A stretch of 64,000 nucleotides of DNA. It comes from Chthoniobacterales bacterium (GTDB lineage: Bacteria > Verrucomicrobiota > Verrucomicrobiia > Chthoniobacterales > UBA10450). Location: contig JBBROO010000005.1 of NCBI GenBank assembly GCA_038229295.1, positions 30,514 through 94,513 of the forward strand. Reading direction: 5' to 3'. Positions within the stretch are counted from its first letter, which is position 1, and each line of letters begins with the position of its first letter. Positions 9,897 to 18,467 of this stretch are shown one piece after another. The translations under genes and the position numbers were made by a program. The notes under the pieces are model-generated. The model was given only the letters and a program-made list of their open reading frames with translations. It was not told where the DNA came from and ran no database searches.

Positions 9897-11435
9897 ATGA
9901 GCGAAGACAAATCCAGCCGTTCTGGGCATGAAACCGAAGAACAGTTTCGCATGCTCGTCGAAAGCGTGGAGGATTACGCCATCTACATGCTCGATCCCGA
10001 CGGCAACGTCGTGACCTGGAATTCCGGCGCGCAAAAAATCAAGGGATACACCGCTGCCGAAATCATCGGCAAAAATTTTACCTGCTTTTATACCGCGGAC
10101 GACATCGCCAACGGTAAACCACAGCGGATTTTGCAGGAAGCAAAACGCACCGGGCGTGTTCGAGATCAAGGCCTGCGTGTTCGCAAAGACGGTTCCACTT
10201 TCCAGGCCGAGGTCGTCATCGCGGCCTTGCGCGATGCTTCCGGGAACGTTCGAAATTTTTCCAAAGTCACGCGCGACATCACCGAGCAACTGCGCAATCG
10301 CGAAACGGAAGCGGGCAAGATTGCGGCCGAGAGAGCGAACAAAGCGAAAGACGATTTTCTCGCCGCGCTCAGTCACGAATTGCGAACGCCGCTCACGCCG
10401 GCTCTGGCCGCGGCTGGTTATTTGGCTGAACACGCGTCAAAATTTTCCGACGAGTTCAACGAAGAGGTCGCCATCATCCGTCGCAATGTGCAATTGCAAG
10501 CGCGCCTCATCGACGATCTGCTTGATCTCACTCGCGCCACGCGCGGCAAACTCGATTTACATTTCGATCGCGTTGACGCACACCTCATCGCGCATGAAGC
10601 GCTGCAAATCGCGCAGGCCGACATTGCCGAAAAAAACCTAACGATTTCGTCGCAACTCGACGCTGCGCATCACTACATCTGGGCCGATCCCATTCGCATC
10701 CAGCAGGTCTTTTGCAATTTGATCAACAACGCCGTGAAGTTCACTCCGTCCGGCGGCAAGATCGACATACGAACGTCGAACGACGAGCGCAACCATTTCG
10801 AATTTGAAGTGACCGATACCGGGGTCGGCATCGCGCCAGATCAGCAACGCTCATTATTCAAACCGTTCGAGCAAGGCGAACGCGCCATCACGCGGCAGTT
10901 CGGCGGACTCGGTCTCGGCCTGGCCATCGCCAAACACCTTGTCGATCTTCACGACGGGCTCATCACCGTGCAAAGTCGTGGGCGCAGTTGCGGCGCAACG
11001 TTCAAGATCACGCTCGACGCCGTGTCCGAGCGCGTCGGTGAAACCGGAGTGTCCGCGCGCGTACCGTCGAAACCAAACAAAGGTCTGCGCATCTTGTTAG
11101 TCGAAGATCACGCCGATACGCGCCGAACTTTGTCGCGGCTGCTCAATCACTTTGGTCACGACATTTCCGTGGCTGATTGCACCCAGACCGCCATCGATAT
11201 CGTCGGGACAAAACAATTCGACGTCGTCTTGAGCGACATCGGTTTGCCCGATGGCAGTGGCTACGATGTCATCTCGCAGGCGAAGCGAACGCAATCACTG
11301 AAAGGCGTCGCCCTAACGGGTTTCGGCAGCGACGAAGATATTCGCCGCGGCAAGGAAGCCGGCTTCGATTTTCATCTGACCAAGCCAGTCGACTTTCACG
11401 AGTTGCGCAGCGTCCTCGATCAAGCGGGCGCCTAG
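9897..11435 (+). CDS. hybrid sensor histidine kinase (PAS, HisKA, HATPase_c, receiver)
   Basis: PAS-like N-terminus, H-box FLAALSHELRTPL, N/G boxes (NLINNAVKFT, DTGVGI, GGLGLGLAI), C-terminal receiver domain. Confidence 0.85.
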   Translation: MSEDKSSRSGHETEEQFRMLVESVEDYAIYMLDPDGNVVTWNSGAQKIKGYTAAEIIGKNFTCFYTADDIANGKPQRILQEAKRTGRVRDQGLRVRKDGSTFQAEVVIAALRDASGNVRNFSKVTRDITEQLRNRETEAGKIAAERANKAKDDFLAALSHELRTPLTPALAAAGYLAEHASKFSDEFNEEVAIIRRNVQLQARLIDDLLDLTRATRGKLDLHFDRVDAHLIAHEALQIAQADIAEKNLTISSQLDAAHHYIWADPIRIQQVFCNLINNAVKFTPSGGKIDIRTSNDERNHFEFEVTDTGVGIAPDQQRSLFKPFEQGERAITRQFGGLGLGLAIAKHLVDLHDGLITVQSRGRSCGATFKITLDAVSERVGETGVSARVPSKPNKGLRILLVEDHADTRRTLSRLLNHFGHDISVADCTQTAIDIVGTKQFDVVLSDIGLPDGSGYDVISQAKRTQSLKGVALTGFGSDEDIRRGKEAGFDFHLTKPVDFHELRSVLDQAGA

Positions 11436-11528
11436 ATTCGCGACCGCAATGCGCCGCCGCGAGTGACGTGGCCCATTTGTTAGGCAAGATCGACATCTTC
11501 ATGGCGAACTCTGGGCGAACTAACTGCA

Positions 11529-12656
11529 ATGAATGCGATTCTGCCCACGGCTGATAATTCGCGGCGAATCGTCGCCATCGACGGCTTTCGCGCCCTGGCC
11601 ATCACGATGGTCATGCTCCACCACGCCGTCTTCACGACCGACGCGCCGGAATGGCTTCGGCCGATCATGCGGATCTTCCCGCAAGGCGTCTTCGCCTTTT
11701 GGGTCCTGAGCGGTTTCCTCATTACCCGCAGCATTCTGCTTGAGGAAAAACGGCGCGGAGCGATTCAATTCCGTTTTTTTTATTCGCGTCAGGCCATCCG
11801 CTTTTTCGTGCCGATGGTCGCGTATCTCATCCCGATTGCCATTTTCGTCGCTTGTCGCGCACCCGAACTCAAATGGTGGGTGCTGTTTCGTCCGGTGATT
11901 CTCGATCCCAACACCTACTGCGTCGCGCAGGGCGTCACGCATCTTTACAGCCTCGTTATGCAAATCTATTTCTGGCTGGCATGGCCGGTGGTTCTAAAAC
12001 TTTCGCCGCCCCGGCTGCGATTGCCGGTCGCAATTGTGCTCTCACTCGCGGCCCTGACTTGGAAAATTTTCGGAGAAATCCTGGCCGCGCGATCGGGCTC
12101 ATGCGTCGGCCGGATCGATTATTTTTTTCCGGCGATCGTAATCGGCTCGTCCTTCGCGCTGGCGCAACCTTGGATCGACAAATTCAAAACGAAATTTGTG
12201 GAGACACGCGCTTTCGCGGCGGCGATTATCGCTGCGATCTTGGTTTTGATCCTGGTGCCGCATCCCGTCGCCCTTTTGTCTTCGATTATTCCCGCGGTGA
12301 GTTGGATTGCTGTTTCGTTGCGGCTCTACCCGGTGCTGTTGATCGCGTACAAGTTCGCTTGCTTACTGGCCATTTATCTCGCTTGGGGATTTCTCGTCTC
12401 CGCGTTGATGAATAACGCTCTGCCGCGAGCGAGTCGCGTATTGGGTTCTCCGGCCCTCACCTGGCTCGGCCGTATTTCTTTCAGCGTTTATTTATGGCAA
12501 ACCCTCTTTTGCTTCGGCCTTAGCGAAACTTTTCTGGATCGCTTTCCCATCAACATTTTCGCCTCGATCTTGCTCGGCTATTTCGCCTACCGCATTGTCG
12601 AACTGCCCTCACTTCGTTGGCGCAGCACGATAAAGAAGAATGCCACGTCCGCGTGA
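11529..12656 (+). CDS. acyltransferase family 3 membrane protein (OafA-like O-acyltransferase)
   Basis: 375 aa, about 10 TM helices, N-terminal IDGFRALAITMVMLHH signature. Confidence 0.7.
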   Translation: MNAILPTADNSRRIVAIDGFRALAITMVMLHHAVFTTDAPEWLRPIMRIFPQGVFAFWVLSGFLITRSILLEEKRRGAIQFRFFYSRQAIRFFVPMVAYLIPIAIFVACRAPELKWWVLFRPVILDPNTYCVAQGVTHLYSLVMQIYFWLAWPVVLKLSPPRLRLPVAIVLSLAALTWKIFGEILAARSGSCVGRIDYFFPAIVIGSSFALAQPWIDKFKTKFVETRAFAAAIIAAILVLILVPHPVALLSSIIPAVSWIAVSLRLYPVLLIAYKFACLLAIYLAWGFLVSALMNNALPRASRVLGSPALTWLGRISFSVYLWQTLFCFGLSETFLDRFPINIFASILLGYFAYRIVELPSLRWRSTIKKNATSA

Positions 12657-12681
12657 GGATCGACAACCGGCAAGATCGACA
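12656..12681 (+). repeat. tandem pair of the AAGATCGACA word (one 1-mismatch copy, one exact) between acyltransferase stop and tRNA-Arg
   Basis: tgAGGATCGACAaccggcAAGATCGACAat; the first A is the last base of the TGA stop; copies offset by 16 nt. Confidence 0.9.
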
Positions 12682-12716
12682 ATCCCTATTCGCAAATCTA
12701 AAATTGGCGATTCAGT

Positions 12717-12788
12717 GTCCCCGTAGTTCAACGGATAGAACGAGGGTTTCCTAAACCTTAAATGTGGGTTCGATTCCCGCCGGGGACG
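12717..12788 (+). tRNA. tRNA-Arg (anticodon CCT)
   Basis: 72-nt cloverleaf: acceptor GTCCCCG/CGGGGAC, D arm GTTC-AACGGATA-GAAC, anticodon stem AGGGT/ACCTT with loop TTCCTAA, T arm GTGGG-TTCGATT-CCCGC, discriminator G, no encoded CCA. Confidence 0.9.
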
Positions 12789-12797
12789 CTTTCTTCC

Positions 12798-12992
12798 CTA
12801 ACGCAGCTTCGCTTCTTTGTAGGCGACGTCGATCAAGCTCTCGAAGGATTGGTCAAACGCATCGCCGTTTTCCTTGTCGTCGCCGACAAACTTTTGTTTC
12901 CACGTCTTAAGATCGACATTCTTCCGGACGAGCTCCATCACTTCTTCCGCATCTTCGATTTTGAATGTCAAACCTTGGTGCAAGATCGACAT
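12798..12992 (-). CDS. small acidic hypothetical protein (64 aa), last gene of the carbamoyltransferase operon
   Basis: Start trimmed to MSILHQGLTFKIED (ATG supplied by the motif AAGATCGACATG); TAG stop lies inside a CGTTAGG word; no recognisable family. Confidence 0.35.
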   Translation of the reverse strand: MSILHQGLTFKIEDAEEVMELVRKNVDLKTWKQKFVGDDKENGDAFDQSFESLIDVAYKEAKLR

Positions 12993-13015
12993 GCATCGAA
13001 CGAGCGGCCGCGCGT

Positions 13016-13216
13016 TCAAAAAAGCGTGTAGATAAAAGGCGCCAGCGCGGTGCTGGAAACGAGGACGAGCGCACCTAACAGAAACAGCATGACTAGAATC
13101 GGCAGGAGCCACCATTTCTTGTTCTGACGCAGGAAGGTCCAGAATTCGCCGATGAGCCCTTTGCTCGAACTCTCAGCTGCGGCCCTCTCGAATTCAGTAT
13201 CAGATTTGCCTTCCAT
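13016..13216 (-). CDS. small membrane protein (DUF5989-like, usual partner of SxtJ/carbamoyltransferase genes)
   Basis: 66 aa, FLRQNKKWWLLPILVMLFLLG single TM helix; family and synteny recalled from memory. Confidence 0.5.
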   Translation of the reverse strand: MEGKSDTEFERAAAESSSKGLIGEFWTFLRQNKKWWLLPILVMLFLLGALVLVSSTALAPFIYTLF

Positions 13217-13235
13217 TGGATTCGCCGAATATCAA

Positions 13236-13652
13236 TTAAGATTGGTCAAAGTATCGCCGCATGCTGGCCGGCCTTGGTTTTGTTGACCAGTACGAATCTT
13301 TGTCAGGGCGCGATCGAACGTGCAGGGGATCGCGGCCAATTAGTCTAAAAACAAGGCCGATCGGCGTGAAGATGCCATAAAAAAGCAGTCCGAGCACGAT
13401 TTGCGATACCGTCCAGCCAATGGGAAAAGCAATCGCCATCCAGCTAACATAAATCCAGCGCATCGCTGCCGGTAGAAACAATCCGAGTGGGCCGATGGTG
13501 ACAGCGAGGATTCCCAGAATAACTCCCAGCCAGACGCGACCACGCAGCACGCCTTGCCAGAATGCTAAAGCGGTAAAGAAAAGGATCCATAAGATGGCGA
13601 ACTGGCGAAGAGTTCGCGTCGGCGGATTCAACTGGATTTCAGACCACTGCAT
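13236..13652 (-). CDS. SxtJ-like integral membrane protein
   Basis: Start trimmed to MQWSEIQLNPP (ATG at 13650-13652); 3-4 TM helices; sits directly downstream of the carbamoyltransferase. Confidence 0.5.
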   Translation of the reverse strand: MQWSEIQLNPPTRTLRQFAILWILFFTALAFWQGVLRGRVWLGVILGILAVTIGPLGLFLPAAMRWIYVSWMAIAFPIGWTVSQIVLGLLFYGIFTPIGLVFRLIGRDPLHVRSRPDKDSYWSTKPRPASMRRYFDQS

Positions 13653-13666
13653 AAAGGCGCGAATTT

Positions 13667-15519
13667 TTAATCGAGTTGAAACTGGGCGAGATGTTTCTCG
13701 CGCTCCGGCGCAGCGCGCGCGCTCTCGGACTCGTCTTTGCAAATGATGAAGTCGCCGAGCACAAGCGCGTCCATGTCCGTCGCCACAAAACAACGATAAG
13801 CATCTTGTGGAGTGCACACGATTGGCTCGCCTCGAACATTAAAACTGGTGTTAACCAGAATCGGGCAACCGGTCAGTCGATAAAATTCTTTTAGCAATCG
13901 ATAAGCGCGCGGGTTGCGTTCTTCGTCCACGGTTTGGAGGCGCGCGCTAAGATCGACATGTGTGATGGCGGGCACGGTCGAACGCATGACGTTGACGCGC
14001 TGACGCAAATCGGGCGCCTCGGTCATGGTGCGCTGTTGCTCCGGGGAAATGGCGAGGCGGTGCTTTTCGAGAACCGGCGCCACCATCAGCATGTATGGAC
14101 TTTCTTCCCCAGGCCGCAGGTCGAACCATTCGTGCGCGTGTTCTTGCAAGACCGACGGAGCGAAGGGCCGGAAGCTTTCCCGGAATTTGATTTTCAGATT
14201 CATCTTCGCCTGCATTGTCGCCGAACGCGCATCGCCGAGGATACTCCGCCCGCCTAGTGCACGCGGGCCAAATTCCATCCGGCCCTGAAACCATCCCACG
14301 ATTTTTTCGTCGGCTAATAATTGCGCGGTTTGTTCCATCAACCGTGTTTCGTTTTCGGCCTGCTCAAACGCAATCCCGCTCTCCTCCAACCAGCGCTGAA
14401 TCTCCGCCGCTGAAAATTCCGGGCCGAGAAAACTGCCCTGCTGTGAATCGTGCGGGGTTGGTGTGCGCGGCTTCTCGAGGAGCTGATGCCAGACAAACAA
14501 GGCGGCACCGAGCGCACCGCCAGCATCGCCGGCGGCGGGTTGAATCCAGATGGATTCGAATGGTCCTTCGCGCAACAGCCGTCCGTTGGCCACGCAATTG
14601 AGTGCCACTCCGCCCGCGAGCACCAGATTCTTGAGTTGCGTCTCGCGGTGGAGGTCGCGACCGATTCGAAGAACGATCTCCTCGGTAACCGCTTGAATGC
14701 TGGCCGCGAGATCCATGTGACGCTGCAAAATATCCGACTCAGGATCACGCGGCGGGCCGCCAAAAAGCTGATCGAAGCGGCCGCTGGTCATCGTTAGGCC
14801 GTGGCCGTAATTGAAGTAATCCATGTTCAACCAAAAGCTGCCGTCTGCTTTCAGATCGACCAGGTGCTCGTAAATTTTGTTTTGGTAAACCGGGCGGCCG
14901 GGGCGAGGCCCATCAGCTTGTACTCGCCGCTGTTGACTTTGAATCCGCAGTAATAGGTAAAGGCCGAGTAGAGCAGGCCGAGCGAGTGGGGAAACTGCAA
15001 GTGGCGGAGCAACTCGATCTTGTTGCCTGAGCCTGTGCCGCAGACTGTCGTGCTCCATTCGCCGACGCCATCGAGTGTGAGAATCGCGGCTTCTTCAAAT
15101 GGGCTCGGAAAAAACGCACTGGCCGCATGACTTTCATGGTGATCGGTGAAAACAAATCGCGCCTTTCTCGAATGGTGCAGTTCGCGCCGAAGAATGCGTC
15201 GGATCAGCAGCTTTTCTTTGAGCCATGTCGGTATGGCCATCGAAAAACTTCTCCAACCCCGCGGCGCAAAGGCGAGGTAGGTTTCGAGCAAACGATCAAA
15301 CTTGGCCAAAGGCTTTTCGTAAAAGACAACGTAATCAAGAGCGTCCGGCTTTACGCCGGATGCTTGTAGACAGTAGGCCACTGCGCCGCTCGGGAATCCG
15401 GCATCGTGCTTCTTCCGGGTGAAACGCTCCTCCTGTGCCGCCGCCACGATCTTCCCGTCGATGACCAATGCCGCTGCGCTGTCGTGATAAAAAGCAGAGA
15501 TGCCAAGAATCGCGGTCAT
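13667..15519 (-). pseudogene. NodU/CmcH-family carbamoyltransferase interrupted by a -1 frameshift
   Basis: N-terminal ORF 14851..15519 (ILGISAFYHDSAAAL, FTDHHESHAASAF, YKLMGLAP) and C-terminal ORF 13667..15058 (LNMDYFNYGHG, VNTSFNVRGEPIV) overlap in different frames; switch lies in the G/C run near 14890-14910. Confidence 0.8.
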
Positions 15520-15520
15520 T

Positions 15521-16786
15521 CTACGGCCGCGATGGATTCAATTCCGGTTTCGAACCGGAAGCGGTGAGTGCTTCGAAGAGCGCGTCGGCGGCGACGGCAT
15601 GTCCGATTTCGTTCCAATGCCCGTCGCTTTGTAAAAATAGACGCGCGCCATCGCGCGACGGATATTTTTTAAACGCGCTTAAAAGATCGACATACTCCAC
15701 CTGATGGTCGCGGCAGTAATCGCGTATCTTATTTGCAAACGGTTCCAGCGAAATGTCACAGTCGGCAAATCGATAAAATCGCCGGCCAATTTTCATTTCA
15801 TCGCGCGAAACGTTCCAGGCAAATGGAGTTAACGTGATCACCAATTTGACCTGTTTGTTTTCCAATAGCGTGCGGATGTTTTCCACATAGCCAAGGCTTC
15901 GCGCGACATTCGTTCGCGTGGCAGCGTCCCATTTATCGCTGGGTCGCGCGAGCTTAAGGTGGTTTCGGATCGACATGTTACTGGAATGCAAGCCGGGCAC
16001 TGCAGTCTGGGGCGCGATTCGGTCGAGCGCAGCGGCAAAGCTGCGTTCATCGGCGGCGAGGAGCGCGTCAATTTGCGACTGCGAAAATTGCGGACGCCAA
16101 TGTTGGCACAGAGCAGGGATTGTCCAGAAAGCGCGGCGAAAGAGCTGCAGCTTGTACGCGCCCCAATAGGACGCTGGGCTAATGTCGAAACTAGGGGTGC
16201 CATCGGGAGCGAAAATTGCGGATTTCACATAGGCGGCATCATCATGGCCGCTCTCAGCATCCCAAAAATCATTCGGGCACAACACCAGAACAACAGTGTT
16301 CGGCTCGAGCGTGAGCCCTTTTTTCAACAACCAATTCCATTCGAGCAATGGAGACCAACTGCTCATGCCGTGTTGCACCACTCGTACGTCCGGCTTGTCG
16401 ATCTTGCGCTCGAGCACGCGCCCAACTGTTTTATCGTAGTCGATGTGCAGAGCTTGAATGAACGAGTCGCCCAAAATCAGGATGCGTGATTCGCCTGGTC
16501 GTTTCGGCGGAATTTCTGGACCGCGAATGCCGAAGCTATTCACCGCAACTCTCATCGGTTTGTACTCGTCGCGAGATTCCGGATAACGAGTAAAGATTTG
16601 TCCCGGGCGATAATCGTGATGGAACTCGCGCGACACAATAATCGTGCTGAGACCGCTCTCAGCGGTGTTTTCGTCCGGGCTCTTGATTAATTGCAAAAAT
16701 AATTCCGCGCCGATGAGGCTGAGCGCGCTCGCCAGAAAAAGCACGCTTACCTTGATGAGCGCGCGCCGCAATTTTCTGTAAAACAT
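15521..16786 (-). CDS. SGNH/GDSL-type hydrolase-like membrane-anchored protein
   Basis: 421 aa, N-terminal TM helix, ILILGDSF block near residue 100 and C-terminal SDGHWN block; first gene of the operon. Confidence 0.6.
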   Translation of the reverse strand: MFYRKLRRALIKVSVLFLASALSLIGAELFLQLIKSPDENTAESGLSTIIVSREFHHDYRPGQIFTRYPESRDEYKPMRVAVNSFGIRGPEIPPKRPGESRILILGDSFIQALHIDYDKTVGRVLERKIDKPDVRVVQHGMSSWSPLLEWNWLLKKGLTLEPNTVVLVLCPNDFWDAESGHDDAAYVKSAIFAPDGTPSFDISPASYWGAYKLQLFRRAFWTIPALCQHWRPQFSQSQIDALLAADERSFAAALDRIAPQTAVPGLHSSNMSIRNHLKLARPSDKWDAATRTNVARSLGYVENIRTLLENKQVKLVITLTPFAWNVSRDEMKIGRRFYRFADCDISLEPFANKIRDYCRDHQVEYVDLLSAFKKYPSRDGARLFLQSDGHWNEIGHAVAADALFEALTASGSKPELNPSRP

Positions 16787-17009
16787 GAGTCGTTCCGGAG
16801 GTTGGGACCTTCCGTCGGTGGCCTGACGGTTATTGAATTTTTCCTGGTGAATTAACGAGAGAAGCGTTCCTGACTTGGTGCCGCCACCGAAAATGATGGA
16901 AATCCTCCGTTGCGCAAGTGTGTCGGCGTATTATTCGAGTGGAAGATCGACAAGGTGAAAAATTCCCCGACTTATCTGTGGTCGAAACGCGAATTGACTG
17001 GAGAAGAAT

Positions 17010-17936
17010 ATGACCAAACGCCGCGCTGAATTTTTCCCCGCCGTTGTCGATCTTTTCAAACAGACGGCCACGGAATGGATGGAGGACAAAGCGCCGCAGT
17101 TAGGCGCGGCGCTCGCCTACTACACCGTCTTTTCGCTGGCCCCGATGATTTTGGTTTTGCTCGCCGTCGTGGGCGTGCTTTTTCGCGACGATCCATCCGG
17201 CGCCTGGAGCAAAATCACGGAGCAGATGAGTTACTTCCTCGACAAAAGCGCCGTGCAGGTCGTGCAAGACATTGCACAGAAAGCGGCCGCGCCCGCGAAG
17301 AGCGCTCTCGCCAGCGTGATCGGTCTGAGCCTCGCGCTTTTCGGCGCGACCGGAGTGTTCGGTCAACTTCAAGACGCGCTTAACACCATCTGGGGCGTGA
17401 AACCAAAACCGGGCGTAGGCATTTGGGGGTTCATCCGCTCGCGCTTTCTTTCTTTCGCCATGCTCGGGGGCGTTTGTTTTCTCTTGCTCGTTTCGCTCGT
17501 GGTCGAGGCGCTGCTCAAAGCGTTTAGTCATTTTGTGCAAGCCCATCTTCCGGGCGGCCTCACCATCGCCATCAGCGTCTATCTCGTTTTCGATTTCGTC
17601 GTCGTGGTCGCTGTCTTCGGTATGATTTTCAAAGTTCTGCCGAATGCGAAAACGCGTTGGCGGGATGTCTGGGTCGGCGCGGCCCTGACCGCATTTTTTT
17701 TCCTGCTCGGAAAATGGGCGCTCGGAATTTATCTCGGCAGTGGAACGGCCTCGTCATCCTACGGCGCGGCCAGCTCGCTCATCACGCTGCTGCTCTGGAT
17801 TTATTATTCGTCGCAAATCCTGCTTTTCGGCGCGGAGTTCACTCAAGTCTATGCGAACCGGCTCGGCTCGCGCACCAAACCGGATAAATATTCTGTTCCG
17901 ATCGAGCAAAAAGAAGTGGAAAAAAGGAAGCGATAA
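17010..17936 (+). CDS. YihY/BrkB family inner membrane protein
   Basis: 308 aa, LGAALAYYTVFSLAPMILVL signature, 6 TM helices, GGAG-like RBS upstream. Confidence 0.8.
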   Translation: MTKRRAEFFPAVVDLFKQTATEWMEDKAPQLGAALAYYTVFSLAPMILVLLAVVGVLFRDDPSGAWSKITEQMSYFLDKSAVQVVQDIAQKAAAPAKSALASVIGLSLALFGATGVFGQLQDALNTIWGVKPKPGVGIWGFIRSRFLSFAMLGGVCFLLLVSLVVEALLKAFSHFVQAHLPGGLTIAISVYLVFDFVVVVAVFGMIFKVLPNAKTRWRDVWVGAALTAFFFLLGKWALGIYLGSGTASSSYGAASSLITLLLWIYYSSQILLFGAEFTQVYANRLGSRTKPDKYSVPIEQKEVEKRKR

Positions 17937-18018
17937 GCCCGTTGGCATCGTGGCTGCTTTAATGAATTCCGCTAGCTAGGAACACAACAAACTAAAAACT
18001 GATTTCCTCAGCTTCAGC

Positions 18019-18049
18019 AGCGCGGCCCTTACCGGCCGCGCTTTTTTTT
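18019..18049 (+). terminator. Rho-independent terminator between convergent genes
   Basis: 9-bp GC-rich stem AGCGCGGCC/GGCCGCGCT, 6-nt loop, then 8 T; overlaps the stop codon of the convergent thioesterase gene. Confidence 0.7.
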
Positions 18050-18467
18050 ACATTCGTTTCGCTGCGCCGGCCACTAGCCGATCGCGGGAAACGATGGCGC
18101 GTTTGTGAATGCCGCGACCGATTTCTCCGGCGGGATCGTGCGCGACAACTTCGAACACGAAAAGTTTTCCATCGCGTCCGCGATAAGTCGCCTTCGCGGT
18201 AACTTGCGCGCCGATCAGCGTCGCCGCAGTGTGGCTAACATCGACATGTGCGCCCACCGACATTTCGCCCGGCTGGAGCAGGGGATCCATCAAACGCGCG
18301 CCCGCCAGTTCCATCAAGGCGATCATGCGCGTCGTCGCAAAAACCGCCGGAAATTGATCGCGCGGATCGTTGCTTAATTGCAGCGCACACGCGCAATCCG
18401 ATTCCTTTACGACAAGATCGACAATCGCCTGCGCGCCGATCTCCGGCCCGGTCATCCCTGCTTCCAA
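18048..18467 (-). CDS. hotdog-fold thioesterase family protein
   Basis: 139 aa; VGAHVDVSHTAATLIGAQVTAKA...FEVVAHD pattern typical of small acyl-CoA thioesterases; overlaps the end of the RND gene. Confidence 0.6.
   Translation of the reverse strand: MEAGMTGPEIGAQAIVDLVVKESDCACALQLSNDPRDQFPAVFATTRMIALMELAGARLMDPLLQPGEMSVGAHVDVSHTAATLIGAQVTAKATYRGRDGKLFVFEVVAHDPAGEIGRGIHKRAIVSRDRLVAGAAKRM

Noticed and set aside
12717-12788. tRNA-Arg as an integration site of a genomic island
   Set aside because: There is no integrase, no direct repeat of the tRNA 3' end, and no compositional break visible. Both flanks carry the genome-typical words at normal density.
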